Assembly (NCBI GenBank): GCA_037445065.1
Contig: JBBILD010000023.1
Coordinates: forward strand, 1 to 59,028
Reading direction: 5' to 3'
DNA from: Myxococcales bacterium
GTDB taxonomy: Bacteria; Desulfobacterota; Binatia; HRBIN30
Length of the DNA stretch: 59,028 nt
The notes below the pieces were generated by a model. It did not search any database. It saw only the letters and a program-made list of their open reading frames with translations, and had not been told where the DNA came from. Numbering within the stretch: position 1 is the first letter of the stretch; each line of letters starts with the position of its first letter. Positions 29,307-39,322 of this stretch are shown piece after piece. Made by a program: the position numbers and the translations under genes.

Positions 29307-30593
29307 ATGAGCGACGCAGGTTCCGCTTCGGTGACGCAGGCCCGGGTGGAGGTCATGACCTACGGTCCGCACGGCCTCGCGCGCCTGGACGGTAAGGTGA
29401 TTTTCCTGCGTCACGTCGCCCCGGGCGACGAAGTGGAACTCGCGATCGAGGAAGACCACGGCTCGTATGCGTACGCGTCGCTCGTGCGCCTTCTCCGTCC
29501 CTCTGCGGAACGTCGTGAGCCACCTTGCCCGTATTTACCCCGCTGTGGTGGTTGCCCGTGGCAGCATTTGGCCTACCCGGCGCAGCTTGCTGCCAAACAG
29601 CGCAACCTCGCCGACCACCTCGAGCGGATCGCCAAGCTCGATGCTCCGGCATTGCGGCCTCCCCTCCCGGCGCCAGCAGAGTTCGGCTACCGGCACCGCC
29701 TGTCGTTGCGCGTGGAAAATGGCCGAGTTGGCTTCTTTGCCGCTGCTTCGCACGAGCTGGTCGAAGTCGAGCGCTGCCTGCTGGGTAGCGAAGCCGTGAA
29801 TGCCCTGCTCGCCCCGGCGCGCCGTTTGGTGCGCGCTTTGCGCATGCGGGTGAAGCGCTTGGAGCTGGCGGCCGAAGGAGCGAGTGCGCGGGCTGCGTTG
29901 GCGCTCGAAGCGGAAGGGGGCTGGGTCGAAGCGGACGGACAGGTGATCGCCGGCTGGCTCGCAGAGAACCCGAATGTTGCAGGCGTGGTGGCGCGCGGGC
30001 GCGGCTGGCGCCGGGTCTGGGGCGATCCAACTGTGCGGCTCGAGGTGGCGCCGGGTCAATTCGTGCGCGTGCATGCGGGGGTGTTCACACAAGTCCATCC
30101 GACTGCAAACCGCATCCTGGTCGGCTCAGTGCTGGCTTGCCTACAGTTGCGCCCGGGTGCGAGAGTGGCCGATGCGTATTGCGGTGCCGGCAACTTTACC
30201 TTGCCGTTAGCGGCGCAGGGAGCGCGGGTGGTCGCCATCGAGCAGGACGCTACCGCTTGTGCCGACCTGCGCGCGAACTTGGAGTGCGCCGGTCTCGCGG
30301 CACGCGTGATCGAGAAGCCAGCCCACGTCGCCTTGCGGCGTCTGGTGGAGGAACACGCTCGGATTGACGCTCTGCTGCTCGACCCGCCGCGCGGTGGGGC
30401 GAGAGAAACCATCCCGTACATCCTCGAATTGCTGCCAGCCCGCATTGTGTACGTCTCCTGCCACTCGGCCGCGCTGGCGCGCGACCTGGCTGCTTTGCGC
30501 TCGCGTTACCAGGTGGAGAGCGTGCAACTTCTCGACATGTTTCCGCAGACATACCACGCCGAGGCGGTGGCGAATCTCGTATTGACTTGCTGA
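29307..30593 (+). CDS. rlmD: TRAM-domain RNA m5U methyltransferase (RlmD/TrmA family)
   Basis: Motifs CPYLPRCGGCPWQH, FTQVH, DAYCGAGNF, LDPPRGG, YVSC and DMFPQTYHAE. Confidence 0.85.
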   Translation: MSDAGSASVTQARVEVMTYGPHGLARLDGKVIFLRHVAPGDEVELAIEEDHGSYAYASLVRLLRPSAERREPPCPYLPRCGGCPWQHLAYPAQLAAKQRNLADHLERIAKLDAPALRPPLPAPAEFGYRHRLSLRVENGRVGFFAAASHELVEVERCLLGSEAVNALLAPARRLVRALRMRVKRLELAAEGASARAALALEAEGGWVEADGQVIAGWLAENPNVAGVVARGRGWRRVWGDPTVRLEVAPGQFVRVHAGVFTQVHPTANRILVGSVLACLQLRPGARVADAYCGAGNFTLPLAAQGARVVAIEQDATACADLRANLECAGLAARVIEKPAHVALRRLVEEHARIDALLLDPPRGGARETIPYILELLPARIVYVSCHSAALARDLAALRSRYQVESVQLLDMFPQTYHAEAVANLVLTC

Positions 30594-30610
30594 CGGGCTG
30601 CCCCTATGAG
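30582..30610 (+). promoter_or_regulatory. Putative sigma70 promoter
   Basis: TTGACT-N17-TATGAG, overlapping the end of the upstream gene. Confidence 0.4.
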
Positions 30611-30710
30611 CGAGTCATCTGGCCCTCACTCCGGCGATGGCATGCGCGCGAGAATCGTGGATCGGAACGCGGTCGGGTGCTTGCCAGTCGCGGATCGTGT
30701 GGAGACGGTT

Positions 30711-30953
30711 ATGAAACAGCAGGAGTCGCTTCGGCCTAAAATCACCATCATCCCCGGCAAGGGTGTGGCGCAAACGCTGAACTACTTGCTGGAGGATCGC
30801 GACCAGCTCGAGTGGTTGGTGGCGGTGGGGCGCAACAAGAACGGGGAGATCCTGTTTTACGATACCGGAGGCGACATCATCGAAGACCTCGGCACGCTCG
30901 AGTACCTGAAACAACGAATCGTGCGTGCCCACTTCGGCGAAGAACCCGAGTGA
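30711..30953 (+). CDS. Small hypothetical protein (80 aa)
   Basis: GGAG RBS before ATG 30711 and a globular-looking composition. The stop overlaps the ggt start (GTGA). Confidence 0.7.
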   Translation: MKQQESLRPKITIIPGKGVAQTLNYLLEDRDQLEWLVAVGRNKNGEILFYDTGGDIIEDLGTLEYLKQRIVRAHFGEEPE

Positions 30954-32683
30954 GGTACGGTCTCGGCGGCTGGGCTCGGGACGCGGCGCTCGCGCTTGCC
31001 CAGGCTGCTGCTTGGTTCGCTGTCCTCTCCTGGCTCCTGTGGGGTGCGCCGGGGCGGGCCGCCCCACAACTCGCAAGCCGCGGGATGGTGGCGGCGGAGC
31101 ATCCGCGCGCCGCGGAGGCCGGGGCCGCCTTGCTCGAAGAGGGCGGCAACGCCTTCGACGCTGCGGTCGCCACCGCCTTCGCCGTGTGTGTGGTGAACCC
31201 TTCGTCGTGCGGGATTGGTGGCGGAGGGTTCGCAGTCGCGTACGATGCACGCAGCCGCAGCTTGGTGGCTCTGGATTTCCGCGAAACGGCTCCGGCTGGC
31301 TTGCGCGCCGAGCACTTCGTGGCTGGCGGCAAGGTTGATCCGAAGCGCAGTCTGCGCGGCGGCCTCGCCGTGGGCGTGCCGGGCGAAGTGGCTGGGCTTG
31401 CCTCGCTCCACCGCCGTTTTGGTCGCTTGCCGTGGGCGGTGGTGCTGGAACCTGCCGTGCGCCTGGCGCGCGATGGCTTTGCAGTAGGGGGACATCTGGC
31501 CGAGCAAATTACGCGTTACCGAGACGAACTGCGGGCCGATCCCATGCTCGCGCGGGTTTTCCTGCACCCGGATGGTTCGCCACGCAAGGCGGGAGATTGG
31601 CTGCGGCAGCCGGAACTCGCGCGCACACTGGCCGCCGTCGCAGAGAAGGGGCCGGAGGCGTTTTACCGAGGGCCGATTGCGCACGAGATCGTGCGCGCGG
31701 TGCAGGCAGCCGGCGGGGTGATGCGGGAGGAAGACCTGGCGCGCTATCGCCCCCTCTGGCGCCAGCCTCTCGAGGCGGAGTGGCGGGGCTACCGCGTCGC
31801 CAGCATGCCGCCACCCAGCTCGGGCGGGGGCGTGCTGCTCGCTGCCTTGGGGATGCTGGCGCAGGATCCGCTACGCGAACTCGGGCACAACTCGCCCACC
31901 TACCTGCATTTGCTTGCCGAGACCATGAAGCACGTGTTTGCCGACCGCGCGCGGTACTACGGAGACCCGGATTTCGTGTTCGTTCCCCTCGACCGTTTGC
32001 TGTCTGCGAACACGCTTTCCATGCTGCGTCGGCGCATCACCGCGACCCGAACGTACGAGCCGGAATGGTACGGTGCCGGGGCGATCCGCGGTGGCGAGAT
32101 GCCCGAGGATCGAGGCACGGCACACTTGTCGGTGATGGACCGTGAAGGCAACGCCGTGGCGTGCACCACCACCATCAACACCGCCTTCGGGGCGTTGCTC
32201 GTGGGAGGCAGCAGTGGTGTAGTGCTCAATAACCAAATAGACGATTTTTCTTTGGCCCCTGGGGTGGCAAATGCGTACGGGTTGGTGGGTTCCGCGCCCA
32301 ATCGCGTGGAGCCGAACAAACGCCCGCTGAGCAGTATGACCCCGACGTTGGTGTTCGCCGGCGGGCAGCCGATCCTAGCCGCCGGCGGCTCGGGCGGCCC
32401 GATGATTATCTCCGGCACCCTACAGGTCTTGCTCAACGTGCTGGCGTTTGGTTTCGACGCGGAGGCAGCGGTGACTGCCGCTCGCATTCATCACCAGTGG
32501 CAGCCGCCGGTGCTGTATGTGGACGAGGGAATCGCCCCGGCCGTGCGCGGGGCGCTTGAAAGAATCGGGCACACGGTGAAAGAGGGAAGCTCCATGGCGG
32601 CAATTCAGATCGTGCGGCGGGTCGGTGACGGGTTCGAAGGTGCGGCCGACCCGCGCAAAGGCGGGGCTGCAAGCGGGTGGTAG
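30950..32683 (+). CDS. ggt: Gamma-glutamyltransferase (exported)
   Basis: Motifs GGNAFDAA, GIGGGGF, DFRETAP, catalytic T in GTAHLSV, KRPLSSMTP and ADPRK. Confidence 0.95.
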   Translation: MRYGLGGWARDAALALAQAAAWFAVLSWLLWGAPGRAAPQLASRGMVAAEHPRAAEAGAALLEEGGNAFDAAVATAFAVCVVNPSSCGIGGGGFAVAYDARSRSLVALDFRETAPAGLRAEHFVAGGKVDPKRSLRGGLAVGVPGEVAGLASLHRRFGRLPWAVVLEPAVRLARDGFAVGGHLAEQITRYRDELRADPMLARVFLHPDGSPRKAGDWLRQPELARTLAAVAEKGPEAFYRGPIAHEIVRAVQAAGGVMREEDLARYRPLWRQPLEAEWRGYRVASMPPPSSGGGVLLAALGMLAQDPLRELGHNSPTYLHLLAETMKHVFADRARYYGDPDFVFVPLDRLLSANTLSMLRRRITATRTYEPEWYGAGAIRGGEMPEDRGTAHLSVMDREGNAVACTTTINTAFGALLVGGSSGVVLNNQIDDFSLAPGVANAYGLVGSAPNRVEPNKRPLSSMTPTLVFAGGQPILAAGGSGGPMIISGTLQVLLNVLAFGFDAEAAVTAARIHHQWQPPVLYVDEGIAPAVRGALERIGHTVKEGSSMAAIQIVRRVGDGFEGAADPRKGGAASGW

Positions 32684-32686
32684 TAC

Positions 32687-33679
32687 ATGGCGAGTAACCA
32701 ACAGCCGCCGGTGTGGTCGCGCTGGTGGTTCAAAGCAGCCATCAGCCTCGCTGTTCTTGTTTTCCTGTTTTACCGGGTTGAGCGGCGCGAGCTGCAGATG
32801 GCCCTCCTCGAGGCCGATCCGCGCTGGGTGGCTGCAGCGCTGGGTGCATACTTGTTGAGCATGGTGGTGAGCTGCTTGCGGTGGACGCTGTTGGCTCGGC
32901 CACTCGGATTTTCTCAGCCGCTCTCCCATTTTTTCGGCTCGTACTTCACCGGTATGTACATGAATCTGTTCGGGGTGAGTACAGTGGCGGGGGATATCGG
33001 CCGGGCCTTGCTGCTGGCGGGCGGACCCGGCAGGCGCGCTTTGGCACTGACGACCGTGCTTGCCGACCGCGGGCTCGGCTTCGTGGTGCTGGTGTGGATC
33101 GGTGCGTTCGCGGTGATCCTCCAGCCTTGGTATCGCTTGCCGGTGCCGCTGTATTACGCGGCGTGGCTCGTCCCGCCAGCCAGTGTGCTCGCCTGGCTGT
33201 ACGGCCCTCAATGGATGGTCCGCATTCTCCGCCCGGAGAACCGCTACCGGCGGATGGTGGAGGTGGAGCTGCAACCGTATTGGGGCGACGCCCGCCTGCT
33301 CCTCGGGACCAGCCTGGTCGCGGTGGTCTTTCACACCTTGCAAATTGTTTCGCAGGTCTTCCTGGGTTGGGGTCTGGGCCTAAGGGTGCCTTGGGGGTAC
33401 TATTTTATCTTCGTCCCGGTCGTGAACATCGCTGGGATGTTGCCCATTACCTTCAGCGGGATCGGCATCCGCGAGGCCGGCTACATTTTCTTTTTGCGCC
33501 GGGTGGGCGGCGATCCGCACGCGGCCATGGCGCTGGGCCTGTTGGCCAGCGCCATCGTGCTGGCTTCGGGGCTGGCGGGAGGCATCGTGTATCTGTTTTG
33601 GTCTGGAGGCAAAAGCGAGGCCCTGGCCAGCGCCGACGAACAAGACTCCCTGCGCAAGTGTTCTTCGGCTGGCCGATAA
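32687..33679 (+). CDS. Lysylphosphatidylglycerol synthase TM / flippase-like (UPF0104) membrane protein
   Basis: Multi-TM protein with RW, GDIGR, DR and LPITFSGIGIREA. Confidence 0.85.
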   Translation: MASNQQPPVWSRWWFKAAISLAVLVFLFYRVERRELQMALLEADPRWVAAALGAYLLSMVVSCLRWTLLARPLGFSQPLSHFFGSYFTGMYMNLFGVSTVAGDIGRALLLAGGPGRRALALTTVLADRGLGFVVLVWIGAFAVILQPWYRLPVPLYYAAWLVPPASVLAWLYGPQWMVRILRPENRYRRMVEVELQPYWGDARLLLGTSLVAVVFHTLQIVSQVFLGWGLGLRVPWGYYFIFVPVVNIAGMLPITFSGIGIREAGYIFFLRRVGGDPHAAMALGLLASAIVLASGLAGGIVYLFWSGGKSEALASADEQDSLRKCSSAGR

Positions 33680-33688
33680 GGAGAAGCC

Positions 33689-34729
33689 GTGGCGGAGCAC
33701 TCCGAGAAGGTGGAGACGGGCGGCTCGGTCGCAAGCTTGGTGCAAGAGTTGCGGCTTGCGCAGTACCTGCCCGGGCAACGGCGGGGGCACTACGAAAGCT
33801 ACTTCTTTCGCGCCAATCACGCGCAGCGTCCGCTCGCGTTTTGGATCCGCTACACGCTCTTTAGCCCCCACCGCCAACCGTACCGCGCGATCGGCGAGCT
33901 GTGGGGGATTTGGTTCGACGGCGAGACCAACCGTCACGTGGCAGTCAAAAAGGAACTCCCGCTCGGCCACTGCGTGTTCAGCCGCGAGGAGTTTCACGTC
34001 GGGGTCGGCAACGCGGGAGCGAACGGGCGAGAGCTGTGGGGCGAAGCTGAGAGCAATGGCGAACGTTTACGCTGGCGCTTGTCGTACCGGGGGGAGGAGC
34101 CACCGCTGTTGCTGCTCCCACCCCTTATGTACCGAGCGCGGCTGCCCCGAGCCAAGAGCCTGGTGCTGCTGCCCAATGCTCGCTTCGAGGGGGAAATCGA
34201 GGTCAACGGCCGTACGGAACGCATCGAGCAGTGGGTGGGCAGCCAGAACCACAACTGGGGCTCGCGGCATACGGACCAATACGCGTGGGGTCAGGTGGCC
34301 GGGTTCGATAACGCTCCCGAATCGTTCCTCGAGGTTGCCACCGCGCGGGTAAAATTCGGCTGGTTTTGGACCCCACCGCTCACCCCGCTAGTGCTGCGGC
34401 ACGCGGGCCGCGAGCATCGCTTCACCGAACTTGCGCAAACCCGCCGGGCAAAGGGGCAGTGGGATTTTTTCTGGTGGAAGTTTGCGAGCGAAAACCCCGA
34501 GTTGCGCATCGAAGGGGAGATCCGCGCCCCCGCCGAGCGTTTTGTCGCTCTGCGCTACTACAACCCGCCTGGCGGTGAGAAGCATTGTTTGAACAGTAAA
34601 CTCGCGCGTTGCCAGCTCCGCTTGCACTGGAAGCGAGAGGGGCGAAGCGAGGATCTCCTAAGCGAACACCGCGCCGCCTTCGAGATTCTCACCGACCGTC
34701 GCGATCACGGCTTGCTAGTGCGGGTGTAA
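33689..34729 (+). CDS. Conserved hypothetical protein, tocopherol-cyclase/CrtC-like beta fold
   Basis: Motifs GHYESYF, AFWIRYT and GSQNHNWG.RH..YAW. The fold call is tentative. Confidence 0.55.
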   Translation: MAEHSEKVETGGSVASLVQELRLAQYLPGQRRGHYESYFFRANHAQRPLAFWIRYTLFSPHRQPYRAIGELWGIWFDGETNRHVAVKKELPLGHCVFSREEFHVGVGNAGANGRELWGEAESNGERLRWRLSYRGEEPPLLLLPPLMYRARLPRAKSLVLLPNARFEGEIEVNGRTERIEQWVGSQNHNWGSRHTDQYAWGQVAGFDNAPESFLEVATARVKFGWFWTPPLTPLVLRHAGREHRFTELAQTRRAKGQWDFFWWKFASENPELRIEGEIRAPAERFVALRYYNPPGGEKHCLNSKLARCQLRLHWKREGRSEDLLSEHRAAFEILTDRRDHGLLVRV

Positions 34730-34741
34730 ACCGCTGGAACG

Positions 34742-36022
34742 CTAGGCAAGCGCCCTTTCCCGCAGTTCGCTCGGATAGCCGAAGCGCTCTTGCGCCGCCT
34801 GCGCCGCGCGCGCCCGGAATTCTTCCGGCACAAATACGTAAAAGCGCCACAACTCCTCGTAGCGGGCCTGCAAGGCGCGGATCTCGCCACTTCGGTCGTA
34901 GCGTTCGAGCGGAGAGACTCCGCTCGCCGTCAGTGCCAAGGCACGCGCTTCCTTCATCACCGTTAGTGCCGGGCAATACACCACCACTTCGCTACTGGCG
35001 CAGCCGATGGCCTGGGCCAGCTCCTCTTCGGCACGGCGCCGCTCTGCGGCGTTTTCGTGGTACTGAGCGACAAAACGTGCCCGCTCGGCGAGATCCAATA
35101 CTTGCGCGGAAAGGGCATAGCCCCGTTTGAGCAACCGGCGCTGTTCGAGGCGCTCGACGAGCCGCACGATCGCAGCATCGGGGGAACGGGTCGAGGGAAC
35201 GCAGCGCAGCCGCTCGAATAACTTGGCGTCAGTCAGCGCCAGCAGCTCGCGCTCCCCCAGCTGGCCGTACCGGTGCGCCAATTCGACCGCTTTCGACACC
35301 ATCGCCCCGGCTGCCACCTTAGTGTGGTGGTAGTACACGCGTTCCGTGAGAAAATAGCGGAGCCGCAACACCTGCACCGTCTCCGAGTACGCATCCGCCC
35401 GCTCCATTCCATGGCGCGCCAGCGCCACGCAGAGCTGCTCGTCATGAACGGTGAAGTAGCGGAACACTCGCTCGTCGTAGCGCGGCGCTAGCCCGGCGAA
35501 GTACGCGTCGCGTTTGAGATAGTCCAACAGGTCGGCATCGAGAGTACTCGAAACCACCTGGCAAGCCCAGGGCGGAACGGTTTTGCGCGGCACCGCACCG
35601 AGTAGCTCGCAAACCGCGCCATCCAACCCCCAGCGGGCGAGTGCCTCGCGCAGACCTCCTTCCAACAGCCAGGTACGACGGCTCCCCTTGTCGTGGCGCG
35701 GGAACAGCCGCCGCTCGTCCTCGAACGTATGCCCGAAAGGAACATGGGTCGCGTCGTGCAACAGGGCCGCAATCCCGATCGCCCGCGCGAGCTCCGCTTC
35801 GATGGCGAATCCCTGCGCGCGCAGCGACTCCACGATGCGCTGCGCCATGGCGCAGGTGCCGAGCGAATGATCGAAGCGGGTGTGGAGAGCGCCGGGGTAG
35901 ACGAGGTAGGCGGTGCCGAGCTGCTTGACACCACGCAGGCGTTGCACCTCGGGGCGGTCGAGCAGGGATGCTTGCGCCGGGTCCAACTCGATGTCGCCAT
36001 GCACCGGGTCCCGCACCACCAT
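34742..36022 (-). CDS. HD-domain phosphohydrolase (SAMHD1-like dNTPase family)
   Basis: Motifs RDPVHG, QRLRGVKQLG, HTRFDHSLG, LLHD, DADLLDYLKRD and VYYHHT. Confidence 0.9.
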   Translation of the reverse strand: MVVRDPVHGDIELDPAQASLLDRPEVQRLRGVKQLGTAYLVYPGALHTRFDHSLGTCAMAQRIVESLRAQGFAIEAELARAIGIAALLHDATHVPFGHTFEDERRLFPRHDKGSRRTWLLEGGLREALARWGLDGAVCELLGAVPRKTVPPWACQVVSSTLDADLLDYLKRDAYFAGLAPRYDERVFRYFTVHDEQLCVALARHGMERADAYSETVQVLRLRYFLTERVYYHHTKVAAGAMVSKAVELAHRYGQLGERELLALTDAKLFERLRCVPSTRSPDAAIVRLVERLEQRRLLKRGYALSAQVLDLAERARFVAQYHENAAERRRAEEELAQAIGCASSEVVVYCPALTVMKEARALALTASGVSPLERYDRSGEIRALQARYEELWRFYVFVPEEFRARAAQAAQERFGYPSELRERALA

Positions 36023-36139
36023 GCACGTACGCTAGCGCGCGCCGCCCGTGGCGGGCAACGCAGCCCGTCGGATTCGTGTTGCGTCTTCTGCCCTAGCTCA
36101 GGAACGGCAATTGCCGTATGAAAGGGCTCCCCAGGAGCT

Positions 36140-39100
36140 GTGGCGATGCGTGCGATTCGGTGGCTGGTGGTGGCATGGGCCGTGGTAGGGTACGCGCCGG
36201 TCGCCGGGGCAGCAACTGTGATTGACTCCTTCGAGTCGCTGGCTGGCTGGACCACGCACGCCTCCGACAACGCCAGCGTGGAGATTTCTCTCGAAGAAGG
36301 AATCGAGGGCAAGGCAATGCGAGTGGATTTCGACATCGCTCCTGGCGGCAGCTTCGTGATCGTGCGCAAGGCTGTGGCGCTGACCTTTCCCAAGGCGTTC
36401 GCCCTCAAACTGTGGATGCGTGGCGATGCACCCGCCAACGACTTTCAGTTGAAGCTCGTGGACCGCAGCGGGCGAAACGTGTGGTGGTACCGGCAGCGGC
36501 CGTGCCGGTTTCCGCACGATTGGCGCCTGCTTACCGTGCGCGACTCGCGACTCGAGTTCGCCTGGGGGGATCGGCCGACCGCGCGGCCGCGCGAGGTCGG
36601 CTTCATCGAACTCGCGATTGCCGCAGGAGAAGGTGGCCGCGGCTCGTTTTGGGTGGACGAGCTGGTCTGGGAACCGCGGCGGCCGTTCAGTGACCCGCTG
36701 CCGCCACCCAAAGTGGAGGCCTCCACCTCGTTGCCGGGAAGTGGAGCGGAGCTGGTCCTCGACACCGACCCGCACACTGCCTGGCGCAGCGGCACGCTTG
36801 TGTCCGAGCAGTGGTTGCAACTCGATTTTCAAGTGCCGCGCGAATACGGCGCGCTGGTGATCGAGTGGGACCCACTCGACTACGCCCGGGAGTACCGGGT
36901 GATGGCCTCGGAAGAAGGCGAGCATTGGTGGATGCTGTACCGCAGCGAGCACGGTGATGGGGGGCGGGACTTGATCCCGACAGGGGAGGCGGTGTCTCGC
37001 TACATCCGTATCGAGCTGCAACGCAGTAGCCGGGGCTTGGGTTACGGCATCCGCTCCCTTGCCATCAAGCCGTACGAGTTGGCGGCCTCGCCCAACCAGT
37101 TTTTCACAGCCGTAGCAGAGGAGGCTCGCCCTGGTTTGTTCCCCCGGTACTTCACTCCCGAGCAAACCTATTGGACCGTGCTCGGCCGACCCGAGGGTGG
37201 CAAGCAAGCGTTGCTCAGCACGGACGGGGTGATCGAGCCCTTCCCGGGGGGCTTTTCGCTCGAGCCGTTCGTGTACCGGAACGGTGAGCTGCTCACTTGG
37301 AAAGACCTGACCGCGACTGCGGAACTCGCCGCTCCTTCTCTGCCGTTGCCGAGCGTGGTGTTGGAGCACGACTGGCTGCGCTTGCGGGTGGTTGCAGTGA
37401 GTGGTGGAAGCGCGCAGGCACGGGCCGTGTACGCCCGCTACGAGCTGACCAACCGGCTCGCCGAGCAAGCCGAGTTCACGTTCTTCCTCGCCGTGCGCCC
37501 CTTCCAGGTTCTCCCACCTTGGCAAAACCTGAACCTCGTGGGCGGGGTGTCGAGCGTGCGCGACCTGACCTTCGACGGCCGCACCTTGTGGGTGAACGAG
37601 CGGCCGGCGCTCATCGTGCAGACTTCCCCGCACCACTTTGGTGCCGCACTGTTCGAAGAGGGGATGATCACGAAATTCCTGCAAGAGGGCACCGTTCCGC
37701 AGCGGCAAGAGATCACCGACCCACTCGGTTACGGCTCGGGGGCGCTCGAGTACCGCTTTGCCCTGGCCCCTGGAGCGAGCGCCAGCGTATACGTTGTGCT
37801 GCCGTGGCCGGGCGACCCGGTGGAGCAACTGCCCTTGCCCGTGGATGGCGTCGCAGAACATTTTGAGGGGGAACTCGCTCGCTTGCAGAGCGGATGGCGG
37901 CAGGCCCTCGAGCGGGTGGAAATTCGGGTGCCCGCGGCTGCCGAACTGGTGGACGCACTCCGTGCTTCCCTGGGCCACATTCTTGCCAACCGCTCCGGTG
38001 CGGCCTTGCACCCGGGGCCGCGCACCTACCAGCGCGCCTGGATTCGCGACGGCGCCTCGATGGCGACAGCCCTGCTGCAGATGGGAGCCGCCGACGAGGC
38101 CCGTGCCTTTGTCCGTTGGTACGCCGCCTACCAGATGCCCGATGGCCGCATCCCCTGCTGCATTGACCGGCGCGGGGCGGACGTCGTTCCCGAGCACGAC
38201 GCAAACGGCGAGTTCGTGTTTATCGTAGCCGAGGTTTACCGTTACACGCGCGACATTGGCCTCGTGGCCGATCTGTGGCCGCAGGTGGTGCGGGCGGTGG
38301 AGTGGATCGAGCGGGCGCGCGCCCTACGCATGACCGAAGAGTACCGCACTCCAGCCAAGAAAGTGTTTTTTGGTTTGTTGCCGGAGTCCATCAGTCACGA
38401 AGGGTATTCGGCCAAACCGGTGCATTCGTATTGGGACGATTTTTGGGCGTTACGCGGCCTCAAGGATGCGGCAACCCTGGCCGCAGTGATGGGAAACCAC
38501 GAGCGAGCCGCAGCGTTTGCGGCCCTGCGCGACGACTTCCGGCGTACCTTGCTCGACTCGCTGGCGGCAGTGATGGCGCGGGGCCGCTTGGACTTTTTGC
38601 CCGGCTCGGTGGAGCTGCTCGACTTCGATCCGAACTCGACCGCCATCGCTCTTTATCCCGTGGAAGAACTGGCTGCGTTGCCTCGCCCAGCAGTAGAGCG
38701 GACCTTCCGGCGGTACTTGGAGGTGGTCGAGCGCCGCTTAGCTGGGCAGGATACAGGGGAATCCTATACCCCGTACGAGCTGCGTACCGTGCCGGCCTTG
38801 ATTCGGCTCGGCTGGCGGAACGAAGCGTGGCGCATTTTGCAAGCCGTGTTTGCCGACCGGCGGCCGCGGCCCTGGCAGCAGTGGCCCGAAATTTTGTGGC
38901 GCGATCCGACGTGGCCCCGCTTCATCGGCGACATGCCTCACGCTTGGATCAGTGCCTTGTGGATCGAAGCGGTTCGCCATTTGTTCGCGTACGAGCGGGA
39001 AAGCGATGCATCTCTGGTCTTGGGCGCAGGTTTGCCGTTGGAGTGGATTGAGCAAGGCGTGAGCGTCCGCCGCCTGCCGACCCACTACGGCCCGCTGCAT

Positions 39101-39322
39101 TTCGATTTGCACGCCGAGTCGGTCACACAGTGGCGCCTGCGTTTGTTTGGCGACGTGCAGGTGCCGCCGGGTGGCGTTGTACTGCCGATCCCGGAAGCAC
39201 GCCGACTGAAGGCGGCAGCGATCAACGGAGTCCCTGCCACTCTGACCTCGGAACGAGAACTGCGAATCTTGGCCCTGCCTGCGGAGGTGTTGGTGTTGCT
39301 CGAGGAGCCGGTGCAGCCGTGA
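36140..39322 (+). CDS. Secreted multidomain protein: carbohydrate-binding/discoidin (F5/8C) modules + six-hairpin glycosidase-like domain
   Basis: Signal peptide, discoidin-like TAWRS...QWLQLDF, PGPRTYQRAWIRDG and ESISHEGYSAKPVHSYWDD. Confidence 0.75.
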   Translation: MAMRAIRWLVVAWAVVGYAPVAGAATVIDSFESLAGWTTHASDNASVEISLEEGIEGKAMRVDFDIAPGGSFVIVRKAVALTFPKAFALKLWMRGDAPANDFQLKLVDRSGRNVWWYRQRPCRFPHDWRLLTVRDSRLEFAWGDRPTARPREVGFIELAIAAGEGGRGSFWVDELVWEPRRPFSDPLPPPKVEASTSLPGSGAELVLDTDPHTAWRSGTLVSEQWLQLDFQVPREYGALVIEWDPLDYAREYRVMASEEGEHWWMLYRSEHGDGGRDLIPTGEAVSRYIRIELQRSSRGLGYGIRSLAIKPYELAASPNQFFTAVAEEARPGLFPRYFTPEQTYWTVLGRPEGGKQALLSTDGVIEPFPGGFSLEPFVYRNGELLTWKDLTATAELAAPSLPLPSVVLEHDWLRLRVVAVSGGSAQARAVYARYELTNRLAEQAEFTFFLAVRPFQVLPPWQNLNLVGGVSSVRDLTFDGRTLWVNERPALIVQTSPHHFGAALFEEGMITKFLQEGTVPQRQEITDPLGYGSGALEYRFALAPGASASVYVVLPWPGDPVEQLPLPVDGVAEHFEGELARLQSGWRQALERVEIRVPAAAELVDALRASLGHILANRSGAALHPGPRTYQRAWIRDGASMATALLQMGAADEARAFVRWYAAYQMPDGRIPCCIDRRGADVVPEHDANGEFVFIVAEVYRYTRDIGLVADLWPQVVRAVEWIERARALRMTEEYRTPAKKVFFGLLPESISHEGYSAKPVHSYWDDFWALRGLKDAATLAAVMGNHERAAAFAALRDDFRRTLLDSLAAVMARGRLDFLPGSVELLDFDPNSTAIALYPVEELAALPRPAVERTFRRYLEVVERRLAGQDTGESYTPYELRTVPALIRLGWRNEAWRILQAVFADRRPRPWQQWPEILWRDPTWPRFIGDMPHAWISALWIEAVRHLFAYERESDASLVLGAGLPLEWIEQGVSVRRLPTHYGPLHFDLHAESVTQWRLRLFGDVQVPPGGVVLPIPEARRLKAAAINGVPATLTSERELRILALPAEVLVLLEEPVQP

